A DNA stretch of 63,169 nucleotides, the filler included, from Licmophora abbreviata (taxonomy: Eukaryota): the NCBI GenBank assembly GCA_900291995.1. It is 21 parts of 21 records of this genome, joined end to end, with 100 filler letters (N's around TTAATTAATTAA, not from the genome) between each part and the next. Parts side by side here need not be neighbours in the genome. Positions count along the whole stretch, not along the records: positions 1 to 2,102 come from OLMU01006310.1; positions 2,203 to 4,776 come from OLMU01006311.1; positions 4,877 to 6,336 come from OLMU01006312.1; positions 6,437 to 9,907 come from OLMU01006314.1; positions 10,008 to 11,271 come from OLMU01006315.1; 16 more parts are not named here. The stretch is one strand, 5' to 3'. Shown here piece by piece: positions 1 through 11,371 of the stretch. How positions within the stretch are numbered: position 1 is the first letter of the stretch; every line of letters begins with the position of its first letter. Position numbers and translations under genes: made by a program. The notes under the pieces are model-generated. The model was given only the letters and a program-made list of their open reading frames with translations, did not search any database and had not been told where the DNA came from.

Positions 1-877
1 CGATTTGGTTGACAGCGACAAGGAACCAACACGGTGCCAGCTGATCATACCGTGAGAGCTTGCGCCCTAAAGGGTTCACTTGGTGCGAATCGACTTTGAC
101 AATGGCGCGATGTAGATGTTCATCCCAGTATTCCTCCGGCCACGGTCGTTCGGGATCATCACTTACGAAACGTTTGGCCAGAATGGAGGCCAGGAGAACT
201 GATGCAGCGCACATAGGTGTCGCCTTTGCAGACTGCTTCTTCTTGCTCCACTTTAGAACACTGTTCTCAAGTCGGATCGCAATGCTCTTTGATATACCCG
301 GCAGCGTCTTCCGAATGGCTCTGCGATCGTGTATGCGCGTCTCTCCGTCCCGGATTCTTCTATACAGGGTTCGAGCAGCCGCTGAGTCGCCGACAATGAA
401 TGCTGTCGTTTCAATCGGTAGCATTTCTTCTGCAACGCAAAGAGCAAGGGCCTCGCCGTGATTGTTGTCAGTGCTCTCAAACCCCATCCTTTGGGGTAGT
501 ATCATGATTCTCACGTAAACGGGTGTCGCTTCTAGGTTGTCGCTATGATCCCAGACTGGTGAAGTTTTTCGAAGGATCACAGCAGCGGCGGTCGTAATCC
601 CGCCGTCTTCTTCGTCTCCAGGCTCCAGAGTCTGATGTAGTGAGGCACTCTCTTTCGGTAGGTCGAGGTTCTCGCTCATGTGACCTGAGTCAATGGTTAC
701 GATGACCTTTCCATCAGTCGCGCCCGCCATTCTTAAGATCTGTTCATCTCTAGGGTCTTCCCAAGATAAACGTCTGCTTTCGATGTTGTATTCTGACGCT
801 TGTTGTAGCCAATTGTCGTTTCTGCATGGATCTCCAATATTGTCCGGAACACTCGCTTCTTGTACCTTCCAGTTAGG
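1..877 (-). CDS. RNase H domain of LINE ORF2 (absent from the ORF track; runs off the window)
   Basis: Manual translation gives VIVTIDSGH, TDNNHGEALAL, FIVGDSAAA, IVKVDSHQ and VAVNQI, the D-E-D-H-(N..AD) order of RNase HI. No stop down to position 1. Confidence 0.8.
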
Positions 878-2102
878 GCTGGCTGGTCCAAGGATTGTGA
901 TCATTTTCGCTCCACCTCCACTCAATAAAAGTATTGGCCGCGCGTAAGTCGTCGTTGAGTTGTTCAATGTCATCTTGAGCCGCCTCAACAATTCGCTTCT
1001 CAGAGATTCGTTCGGGTCTCCTTCCAGGAGGCTTCCAGAATGCTGATCGTGTAATAGCACTTATTGTTGCTTGCTCCTGATGAATCACTGACCTGAGGTG
1101 TCGGTGTATCACGCCATGAACTTCATATCTTTGTAGATGATTAGATCCAAGGCCAATCGTTCGACCTTGGAAAAGCGCATCTTCGTGTCCGATAGGTTTG
1201 CTACCGTTGGACGCATTGATTGCCAGCCGATCTACGATTCTTCCGATCAGCATGTCGACCGAATTGTCCCTTAGGTAGATTCCCTGTCGTGAGAGTTTGC
1301 GAATTGCGCGACCAACGAAGTTCTGTGTTTCCATTTCATCGAACCCATCCCTCGTAAGCGCTGCCATTCTGCAACGAACTGCGTCACCTGTAAGTCCGTC
1401 GCTGTTGAGGTGAACCTCCAGCTCTCTTGCTAAGGCTGTGAGGTGACTCGCCGCAAGTGATTTGATTCCGATTCCATTGACTCTTGGCGATGCGTAAATA
1501 AGTTCCTGTGCATCGCTTCTCGTCAAACCCAATCCTCGTCTGATGTTATTGGCGATGCCTGCGTCATGTCGTAGAATCTCTTTCATGCTCAGACCAGATA
1601 GGAGCGGTGCATATGATGCAACAGAAACGATGAGGGCGTTGATAGCAAACCTGATAGCCTTCGTGTCCATGCGAAAGCGTAGAATCTGCTCTGTGCGTAG
1701 CATCAAGCTCTTCATCATTCCCTGTGCCGTTGCCCTGGTGTTCCCGTCAATTGTAGACGTTATACCCATGTGGCGATCTGCACCACCGTGTTGCCTTTCA
1801 GCGGCGCGCTGCATGATGTTAATGTGTTGTTCGTCGCCCAGGATCATGCCGGGCCTGAGTGACCATCGTAAGCAATGTTCGTTCGGCCTGACATGTATTC
1901 TTACCGCGATGTTCTCTGTGATAGGCCGATCATGTTCGAAGCTCCAGGCGATGCTCTTGAAATGCGTTGGTATGTAATCTATCATGGACGCTTCAATGTT
2001 GTAAAGCGAAACCGTACTTTTGGCTCCCTTTCGCCCAAGTTTGAATACGAGCGAAAAGTCTCCTGTATTATCAATGGCATCCTGTATTCTTTCAATGAGA
2101 TG
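873..2102 (-). CDS. LINE ORF2 fragment: RT domains 6-7, thumb and connection
   Basis: The frame is open up to the gap at 2102 (HLIERIQDAIDNTGDFSLVFKLGRKGAKST). It has the typical LINE thumb motif LIYASPRVNGIGIKSL and ends at TAA 873-875, where coding shifts frame. Confidence 0.8.
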   Translation of the reverse strand, partial: HLIERIQDAIDNTGDFSLVFKLGRKGAKSTVSLYNIEASMIDYIPTHFKSIAWSFEHDRPITENIAVRIHVRPNEHCLRWSLRPGMILGDEQHINIMQRAAERQHGGADRHMGITSTIDGNTRATAQGMMKSLMLRTEQILRFRMDTKAIRFAINALIVSVASYAPLLSGLSMKEILRHDAGIANNIRRGLGLTRSDAQELIYASPRVNGIGIKSLAASHLTALARELEVHLNSDGLTGDAVRCRMAALTRDGFDEMETQNFVGRAIRKLSRQGIYLRDNSVDMLIGRIVDRLAINASNGSKPIGHEDALFQGRTIGLGSNHLQRYEVHGVIHRHLRSVIHQEQATISAITRSAFWKPPGRRPERISEKRIVEAAQDDIEQLNDDLRAANTFIEWRWSENDHNPWTSQP

Positions 2103-2202
2103 NNNNNNNNNNNNNNNNNNNNNNNNNNNNNNNNNNNNNNNNNNNNTTAATTAATTAANNNNNNNNNNNNNNNNNNNNNNNNNNNNNNNNNNNNNNNNNN
2201 NN

Positions 2203-4776
2203 AATCTGTTTCCTTTCGGCCCAATCCAGCTCCTCCAAGGTTGCTCGAGGACGTACGCCAAAGAATCTCTTATTATCATCTGAATAACCCACTGCGAATA
2301 GACACGTCGACTCGGTCTTTGAGAGGGTGTCAGTGGTCGCGAATTGATAAGGCTGGAGTGTCGGGTCTCTGAGCTTCCTTGCTCGCATGATTGCTGGATC
2401 TCGGTCCACTGACCATGCATTGTACTTGAGCTTTGCAACAAGGTTCGCAACGCTTACTGAGAATAGAGATCCTTGCGGTTGCCCGCATCTGAACCTCGCA
2501 TGAGCCACTCCTTGACGAACCACGATTTGTACATGTTTCCCTTGCATGTCATCCGCTTTCAATTCGACGTAGCCTTGGGGGGGGCACCGCACGTGAATAA
2601 GACCACACAAGTGCGATTCGGTGATGATCCGATCAAAATATTTTTCTTCATCCTCTTCAATGTCGGCACTCATTTGACCTGATTCAATGGCATCTTCATT
2701 TGCAGCACGGATTCGTAGGGTCGCATCGTCTGTGCCCATCCCCTTGCGATAAGCTATCAGCTCATTCGGTAGAGCGTCAATTGCTTCGATCCCTGCCACT
2801 AGCCGCTTACAGACAACCGATGTAATCCAGCAGAATACATCATCCAGGAGAGCAATGGGTCGCGTCTCGCCCCACGAGTTCGGCTTGGGTATTGGGATTC
2901 TCGTGAGATGTTTCGTTATCGCTGGATAATGTCTTGTAATCAAGGCCGCACGGAGAACACGAAAGAGGAGCTTTGGCCACTCGATTGGTAGACGGGCAAA
3001 GAACGCCATGTGCAGTCCGTTGTGCCTTGCCTTTCCTGGAACACCTTCGATGGCTCTCCAGAACTCTTCCTCAACTCCGTCATCAATAAAGGAAGCGTTG
3101 CTTGTGTCAATTCGAAATTTCCATTGTAGTTCATCCGCCGGTTCCCCTTGCATGTTACTGATCACTCCCCGGATATGAGGGGCGTCATGTGCCTCCCGAA
3201 AGCGGATAATTTCTTCATTGGTACATCGCTCTGGCAGGAAAATGAGATCTTTCAATTCTGCATCGGTCATATCATGATCCGGAATGTGAATGTCGAGGCC
3301 GCAGTCCCCGACCTCGTCTTGCTTTACGGACATGAAAAGGCACTGAGTTTTCGCTTTTGACGTGTCCATCCACCGCTGATGTTTCTGACGCGTCCCTTCG
3401 AGTATCTCTATGTTGCTTCGACATGAGCGTTCTACACCAGTCTCCGGATCCAAAATCGTGTGTTGTCCCTCCGGTAGTTCTCGCGATTTGTGTCTCAATA
3501 TGGAGGTTACATCACCCATCTTTCCTGATCTTGAAGCTTCCATCAGCCTGGCTCTACGATGCGCAACCAGCATCCTGAATATGTAGTTCTCCAGTTTCAC
3601 CACCCGATTTCCCGCTTCCTGCAGTGACAAATGTAGTTCATCATCGGGTATCTCATCAATAATCTGAGGTAGTAGGATGGTCCATTCTTCAGGGTCGACG
3701 TTGAAAATTCCTCTCTGCCACTCTGGCGAGAATCGTAACGTGTCAGAGCAGCCATTGTCTTTCAAAATACACCGCATCTCGTCGCAGTCTTCTTCATGCA
3801 GGGCTCCCCACAGTTCCGCCCTTTCTTTTTCTCGAGCTTCTCTATTCGTGGGTCGATGCTGTTCGATACTCTTGACGTGTTGTTCAAATTCGTCCACATC
3901 AATCCTTGCTCTCTCTGCTGCTTCACTGATGGTTTCTAAGCCAACGCTTTCCCGTCGAATGTCTTCCAACGCAGCACGCAGGTCCTTGATATCCATGCCA
4001 TTCTCATTGCAATGTTTGGTGTCGTTGACCCATGCTTTCCATGATTCTAGGTCCGAGAGGGCCGCAGATATGTGTCGAGGAGTACGTAGTTGAGCCAGAT
4101 GATCAGGTCTTCCTTTCTCTTGTATCATCCGTTTACGTCGTCGAATCTGTTGACCGATTGAGATCTTGCGCGAGAGCTTGAGGTCATTCATGATAGCGTT
4201 GCATGCATCGTATAACTCTTCCATAATCACGTCGATCTCAACCGTATGCTGTTTCAATCTTGGTGGCAGTAAACGCCCTTTATGCCAATCTTGAGCAGCG
4301 TGGTTTTGAGCGTGTTGGATCATTTTCGTTTGCAGCGATGCTATGGACTTTTCCATTTGCTTCAGTTTCGCGTGATGCTCCCGTTTGACCGCAATATCCC
4401 GTAGTTTGACCAATCTCTCCTCGTCCTCTCTCACTACTCTACTTGGAAACTGCCTGTCATCGAATTCATACAATGGGGCCGTTTCACTGTCATCTTCATG
4501 TCGCTGAGTTCTTCTTATCCGAATCTGTTCTATTTTCCGATAATCACGCTTGATTTGGTACTCGTCATTCTCAGAGTCAGACGTGATGTCCAAGGCTAAG
4601 TCCACGAAGATCAAGGCATGGTCGGATGCCGCTATCTGCTTTGTGAATTTCCAGTCGAGATTTGTTCTGCGTTCCATAAGACACGTTGTATCGTCACACA
4701 GTACCCAATCTATCGTAGAGCTGCACGTTGTGTTTTTCCCTTGCGTCCTGCGCGTTCCTCTCCAAGATGAAATATG
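2203..4776 (-). CDS. LINE ORF2 fragment: C-terminus of APE endonuclease, long linker, reverse transcriptase
   Basis: APE motifs STIDWVL and SDHALIFVDL; RT motifs IPIPKPN..ETRPIALLD, EEDEEKYFDRI, GQPQGSLFS and YSDD. Open at both contig ends. Confidence 0.9.
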
Positions 4777-4876
4777 NNNNNNNNNNNNNNNNNNNNNNNN
4801 NNNNNNNNNNNNNNNNNNNNTTAATTAATTAANNNNNNNNNNNNNNNNNNNNNNNNNNNNNNNNNNNNNNNNNNNN

Positions 4877-5909
4877 GAACGTCACGCGACCAAATTGCGA
4901 AAAGAATGCCTGCCAATCGTCCGGGTCGATCGCATCCTTGGGCGGATTCTTCACAAGCACTGAATAGTCAGTCGCCGACAACTTATCTTCGTCGAATATG
5001 GTCTCGCGCTTCCGCTGATACACCGAAATGAGTCCCATGAAAACGACACAGACAGCCAAGGACGCGTAGTTGACCATGCCCTGCTTGAGAATGCCGTCGT
5101 AGTCACATGCATTTCGCAGGACAAAGACTAGACCGTCAGCCGTCGTACCGAAGCGGTCCTGGTCCTCCTGTGATGTCCACTCGTCCTCCGAGCAAGTTGG
5201 ACAGGCCACCCATTCGACCCTCGTACAAATAGCAGATCCCTTCAGGGAGAACGCGACTCCTTCCTGGCCATCACTGTACTCATCCGACGAGTAGTAGAGC
5301 AGATTGGCAATATTGACGAGCCCGACGACGAGAAGTAGCATCGCAATAATTCTCAAAGATGCAAAGTACACGGCGACACCTATTCCCCACTGATTCAGTG
5401 ACGACTCAGGCGTCGTGAAGGGGTTGTAGAGCCGCGTCTCCCTGGTCTCACCGGGCTCCGCCCTTTCGTCGCCGTGGTCCACCAGGTAGCGCGCGAGCGT
5501 GAAGTGTTCGTAGAAGGCGTACGATTTGGACAAGTCGGGCGCCGGGTGCTGGTCGTCCGTCATCACGGTACGTTTGGGGAAATACCAGCTCATCTACGTG
5601 GTCGGTGGCAAAGATAGCAAAGGTCAGAAACATTGCAAAAAGACTTTCTTCACTAGAAACCATATCTTTACTCCATTGCCGACTTACATGCTGCAAGTAT
5701 CGCTCCACGAGTATCCGAGTCCATGTCTTAGTATAGGATTCATCCTGTTCTGCTTCCCTGGAGATCATTTCGTCCACATCATCAGAAAAAGCAGGAGTCG
5801 AACCCCAATGGGCACTTGGCATACGGCGAGGAGGCCTCTTGGTCGATTGCAGACCCTGGTTCGTCCCCTGGCCTTCCGAGGACACATCCTCCTGGTTCGC
5901 TAGCGGCAT
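4877..5909 (-). CDS. OSCA/TMEM63/CSC1-like mechanosensitive channel, N-terminal part (exons 5909-5688 and 5593-4877)
   Basis: A GTAAGT...GTAG intron at 5687-5594 joins RYLQH to MSWYFPK in frame. WGIGVAVYFASLR TM segment, further TM helices and the SATDYSVLVKNPP motif typical of the family. Truncated by the gap. Confidence 0.75.
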
Positions 5910-6436
5910 GTGGTTACGAAAGCTGATCAAAGAATTAAGATCAGGGAACTTCAAAACGAGGCAGAGTCGTGAAACATACAATGCATCGTCGATGACAGCG
6001 ATCAAAGCCAAAGTTGAAGTTGACTTTGTTCTGAAATCATGAATGGAACGGAATCTTGATGTCTTCATGTCCCAACACCAGATTCGCAAATTCAAATTCC
6101 GTCGTACGAGGTCGACACTCGAGCTATTTTTGAAAGCTGATTCCCGCCAACCGTCACTCGTGTGTTCCGCCTGAGCACAACATAACACGGTCGTTTACAG
6201 CACTTATTATGTCACCCCGCTGGCTTGTAGATCGTCCAGTCGAGAAGATGCGATAGGTTTACTGTTGCTATTCTGCCACACGCTGCTTCGTATATATTGT
6301 ATAGAAAGGAGTGACAGTAGTTGTATTTTCTGTCCTNNNNNNNNNNNNNNNNNNNNNNNNNNNNNNNNNNNNNNNNNNNNTTAATTAATTAANNNNNNNN
6401 NNNNNNNNNNNNNNNNNNNNNNNNNNNNNNNNNNNN

Positions 6437-6813
6437 TAGACGACTTTGCCTTCTTCGTCCTTTTCGGCCAAGATAGTCGTCCCGTCGTCGTACGACGCCA
6501 AGAAAATTGTCAAGGACTCCACTTCTCCTGTACGCTTGTCGACAATGGAGCTAGGACTGTCGCTTATCACCGCAAAGTACTTGGTCGAATACAGAGATGC
6601 GTCGGGACGCAATGCCGTCAACGAATAGCTGGCGCCATTGGGAGCTGTCACCATACTATCCATCCCAACCAGGTTCAATATCTTCGGAATGACGCTCGAC
6701 TTGAGTTGGACCGTATCGTTGAAAGCAAGTGATGCGTTGTACGACGTGACAAGTGAAACCGTCATGCCCAGAGCCATAAACAGCAGCGTGTAGAGAACTT
6801 TAAGAGAAAGCAT
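6437..6813 (-). CDS. Hypothetical secreted protein, N-terminal fragment
   Basis: ATG followed by a signal-peptide-like hydrophobic stretch (VLYTLLFMALGMTVSLV); open to the gap. No recognisable domain. Confidence 0.45.
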
Positions 6814-7245
6814 GCTCTACTAGAGTGGTCACTAATACAGAACGAAGAAGTTGAAAATATGAGCAGGATCCGACAGAGTCAAATATGGTTGCAAGCGCAG
6901 CGCGCATATTACCTTGCAACAGAATCACTGATTTTTTGTTGCGAGAGACGGATGCACAACAGTAGATATCGCCAAACTTGCAGTATTGGTGCGGTTGCAG
7001 CGCATCGCCGATACACACAAAGCGTTCTCCCATACTCAAGAGCCAAAACACATGTTTCGTGAGTGTCCACCAAACTAACGTGTTTATTCGCATTTACTGC
7101 AAAGTATGGACCTGGGTAACGGATAGATGCAATAAAATGGGATGTGCAAACGGAAATGGGCCCTATCGATGCACTCCGCTCGCTTAGGGAGTGAAGAGCG
7201 GACTCGACGAGCACGTCCAAACGTCCGTGGAGTCTTCACGAGAGC

Positions 7246-8208
7246 CTACGACTCTTTTCGACTGTACAATCTTCCGACTTCTTCTGCCACGCTGACAGGT
7301 ACCAATTTAGACAATACGTCAATTGGCGAGGCTTCGGTGTTACACAAGTCCCGAATGAGCGTGGAAGAAATAGCATTGTATTCGGGCTTGCCCTCCAGAT
7401 AGACCGTGGGCACTGGCCACGTGGGACCCAGCAGGAGAGGGCCCCATGTATTGAGAATCTGCAAGCTGCGCTCCTCCGTGCCATCCTTTTCCCAACTGCG
7501 AATTCCTCGGAAAAAGGTTGTTGCACCAGAGCGTTTGGCATACCGCCAGATGTAACCCGATACGACTAGTAAGGGAAACAAATAGAAATCATGAGCATTC
7601 GGGTAGTGTCGAAACAATAGCATCATACAAGGCGTCATCTCTACGCATATTCCTACCTTCGACTCGAATGTTACTGTTGTCTTTGCTACTGCCCTGCAAC
7701 ATCTTTCGAAGTAGACTCGCACGCTCTTCGGGCAAGACGAGATACTTTTTGTTGGAATTCATGCCAACTACCGCAGTCACGTTCCCATATCTGTACAAGC
7801 GAGGAATACATTTCACAAAATTAGCGCTGGTCAGTCCAAGAGAGGCGATGATATCAATAGAAATGGTTCCTATTCGCTTCAAGCTTCTCGCCAGAACAAT
7901 GATATCATGCGTTGAAGAAGTTCACGGACGCACCTGGACGCGAGATACTCGAGCATGGCCAAATGCCCCTTGTGGGGTGGGTTGTAGGAGCCAGCGAGAA
8001 TGACCGCACGTTTCTTGTCACGCTTTCGCTTCCAGTGCGACTCTGGCATGCTCCAAGGATACGAAATAACCGTTGGCCGAAGAATTGGAGAAACCAACAA
8101 AATTGCCATGCATACGACGACGACAAGGCCGAAAAGTAGAATCAAATACGTCCAGGATCGAAGCGATACTATCCGATCTACGATCCCATCCATGATTGTG
8201 CTCTCCAT
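7246..8208 (-). CDS. coaD: Phosphopantetheine adenylyltransferase (bacterial CoaD-type) with N-terminal TM anchor; 3 exons (8208-7934, 7790-7657, 7565-7246)
   Basis: AVILAGSYNPPHKGH (GSFDP.HxGH), VVGMNSNKKY..EER, FFRGIR and ISSTLIRD motifs. GT-AG introns at 7933-7791 and 7656-7566 restore a single frame. Confidence 0.85.
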
Positions 8209-8458
8209 GACACGTGGTCAAGAGGTACCGGTGGGGGAAAGAAAAACGAGAAAGATGTAAACAAAAAGGCAATCGAAAACAATGCAGCACTCGCTGCGGG
8301 CGCCATTGTCAAACTGCGCCAATTTCGTGAGTAGGTCTACGAGTCGATTGAATCCGAGACCTACGATGGCGGCATAGTCTCGCGTCGACCATGACGACTG
8401 ACGACCATGATAGCAGGATGACGAGAATTTAGTCTAGTTGCCCGTTCACTCAATCGCT
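8209..8458. promoter_or_regulatory. Probable bidirectional promoter between the divergent coaD and MYND/MSS51-like genes
   Basis: Only 250 bp separate the two divergent ATGs. No specific motif identified. Confidence 0.4.
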
Positions 8459-10562
8459 ATGACATTTTCGTATGTTATTATTCCCTGGGATGAGTCAAGG
8501 CCTTTGGAAGAAGGGAAATTGGAGCCTCTTGTCAATGAAAATGTACTCACACTGGACGATTTTCGACGGACCCGTTCACGTATTGTGGTCGACGACGATG
8601 ATGTGCTCTACACGCCACTGCTCTTGCCCAGCAGTGATTTCAACGAAGGAATCGCGGGTTGCTACGTCTACTACACACCCACAGTATATCCGGAAAACAT
8701 GCGTGCCACTCGATTGGCCATGGCATGCGGACTCTTTTCCAAGAGATTTCGTGGCACGGTGCTACTTGTTCGGGCGTATGCGCAGGGGAGTACTACTCTA
8801 TGGGAGGACGTCTCCGCCAATGATGTCTATGGAGCATGTTGTATCAGTCCTGATCTACGAATACGCATACAGGCAAAGTTAGGAGGCCCTCGCTCTATTC
8901 CAAGCTCGATCGGGACTCCCGAGTGGCTAGGGAACGCGGCAAGACAGAATTATCATGATGCGGCCATCATTTCCCGGCTCATGAAGAATGCAAAAGAGGG
9001 ACAGGAAGAAGAAGGCGAAGAGATCGAGAATTCTTTCATCGATATCAAGACAACGACATTCATATCTCCGGAGGAACAGGGCGGTGCATGCGGGTTTGTC
9101 GCAATGTCGTCACTTTGCCTGCACTGTCGCGGACCCTCGGACCAGCTCTGCCCGGACTGTGAAGGAGCGTATTTCTGTGTAAAACCGCGAACATGTCGAC
9201 AAGCTGGGTGAGTACCCGTACTATTGTGACGAAAGTTAAAGAGGGAAGTGTCGCATAGTCCGTTATCTCACGCCGAGGAGCGATTGTCGGTGCAGGTGGT
9301 CTCATCGTTGTCTTTGTGCGACATGGAAAGTCTACTCAGACCGACGTGCTGAGCTTTCTGAATTTCCGTTTCATGAATGGCATGTCCCGCTGCTGAGTCG
9401 GAGCTGCCAAGTATCTGAACAGTCGTGTCGGAGATTTCTCGAGGAAGACATGGGACTTTCACTGGAGCACTCGTCCTGGTGGAGAACTGAGATTGGGGGG
9501 TGGTCGGGGGGTGAAAGCGATAGCGCCAGGACGATTGACGTCTCTCAGCGCTTGACATACCTAGAAGGATTTGCTCCCATTCTTGATGTTCCTTTTGAAG
9601 GATTCATGTCCACAAGCGTAACGGACGAGCCACTTGAAATCGAGAGGAATGGGTGCGGTCTCCTCAAACTGGATTCATGGGAGCAGTACTATCGCCTGCG
9701 CGGCATTGCACTCTCTAGTCCAGTGGCGCTTCTACTGACATTCCCCCTTACCATTTACTATGCGATTGTCTGTCACGGAGAGGTTCCTGTGACGGTTGCG
9801 CGTATGCTGAAGAGACCGCTTCGAATACATGTGGTGGGAATCGAGAAAGAGATGAACTTTCTTGATCTATTCAAAGAAGTTGGCTACCTTTTACCACATG
9901 ATCTTGANNNNNNNNNNNNNNNNNNNNNNNNNNNNNNNNNNNNNNNNNNNNTTAATTAATTAANNNNNNNNNNNNNNNNNNNNNNNNNNNNNNNNNNNNN
10001 NNNNNNNGTCAAGACTCTTTCTCGTAGCCTGCTGTGCTTTGGTTATAGCTGGAAGTACCGAGTCCCCGCTACCAGCTGACTTACGTCGTTTGACTTGTTG
10101 CACATTTAGGTCGAGCTTGTGTTTGTCGTCCGCCAGGACATGCTGCCTGTGAGCTGCCGCAAGAACCAGACAAGTCACGGATATTCGATGAAGCTAACGT
10201 TGACAACCAACGTGACGCTTTTGCTAGTGAGTGGTACGTACGGGGATACGTTGGACCCGAACTTTGACTGTGGTGGTGGCGCCCCCGATATGATTGTCGG
10301 AATGAATGCAGGTCTCTTCGCGTACGAGTCGTGGAGAAGTGTCGTTGAATACCTCTGTCACCATACGGGTGTCGTCGGAGTATTTACCGACTACAATGAG
10401 CATAGCGGTATGAATTGTGCTAGTCTCGGAGGCACGAAAGCTCGCGAGAGCTTGTCAGTAAATCCATTCCGCCAGCCGCGAGCAATGCCTGTTCACTCTA
10501 TGAATCTTCCGCAGTTCAGCAACGGATTCATCTATATCTATAATCAACAAGAATTAGAATAG
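8459..10562 (+). CDS. MYND-type zinc finger / MSS51 C-terminal-like protein (intron 9208-9295; interrupted by spacer; last exon about 10110-10562)
   Basis: Splicing GTGAGT...GCAG gives CLHC..CPDC..YFC..C..GWSHRCLC (MYND). It is followed by SWEQYYRLRG..SPVALLLTFPLTIYY, IHVVGIEKE, PDMIVGMNAGL..YESW, FTDYNE and NPFRQP, typical of MSS51-like proteins. Confidence 0.75.
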
Positions 10563-10578
10563 GTCTAATTGATTGCGT

Positions 10579-11271
10579 TTACTCGTCATTGATGTCGTAC
10601 AAGACTTTGTCTGCAAGCCACGCACCGATTGGTGCACCGACCAGCGGTGCAATCACATACAGCCACCATCCCTGAAATCCGACTTTGCCCCATCCAGCCA
10701 GCCACGCGACAATTCGAGGCCCAAAATCGCGGGCTGGGTTGAACCCTGCCTGTGTAAGAGGGGCAAGCACCGAAATCAAGCCCCCCACCGTGATACCGAT
10801 CAGCGGCGGAATGTAAACCTTGTTCTTCATGGTATCATTCGTTGAGTTTGTCAGTGCAAAAATGACAAAAGATAGAAAGGCAGTCCCGAATGCCTCCGCA
10901 AAGAAGGCAACAGGTGTCGTTACGGAACCACTGAATGACGTGTATCGCGAGTAGGCAGCAACAGCGTAAGCGCTCACAATCAGTCAAAATGGAGTCACAC
11001 CACGAAGCACATCGTTCGCTTGGAGCGTTCGACTCACACATAGTATTGACCGAACGCCTTAGCGGAGACAATGCTGTCCACGGAGCCTCGAACGATACTA
11101 TTGGCCGCCTCAAATTCCCGAATCTTGCCAGCGTACATCAGGAGATTGGTCCAGGAAAAGACCACCGCCCCAGTAGTCTGCGCAGCGATGAACGGAATAA
11201 CTTTGCCCCATCCAAAGCTGTTGGAAGGTCGCAGCCATGCAAACGCTACTGATATAGCGGGATTCAAGTGT
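10579..11271 (-). CDS. MIP-family aquaglyceroporin (GlpF-like), partial; intron 11037-10931
   Basis: Two NPA boxes, HLNPAIS and GFNPARDFGPR; the Asp after the second NPA is typical of glycerol facilitators. A GTGAGT...CAG intron joins the two ORF-track pieces. Confidence 0.9.
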
Positions 11272-11371
11272 NNNNNNNNNNNNNNNNNNNNNNNNNNNNN
11301 NNNNNNNNNNNNNNNTTAATTAATTAANNNNNNNNNNNNNNNNNNNNNNNNNNNNNNNNNNNNNNNNNNNN

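Larger units (their letters stand above)
1..4776 (-). mobile_element. Non-LTR retrotransposon (LINE) with APE endonuclease - RT - RNase H, partial, split by a spacer and frameshifted
   Basis: The minus-strand ORF2 runs from 4776 across the 2103-2202 gap: the 2203-4776 contig ends just after YSDD and the 1-2102 contig continues with RT domain 6 (KLGRKGAKST), the thumb and RNase H. The architecture matches that described for diatom Ambal-type LINEs; the clade was not verified. Confidence 0.85.

Noticed and set aside
2147..2158. Recurring TTAATTAATTAA motif
   Set aside because: It is always centred in a 100-bp N spacer, so it is an artificial six-frame stop linker. ORF-track ends such as XXXLIN are artefacts, and adjacency of different elements is not evidence of a genomic cluster.
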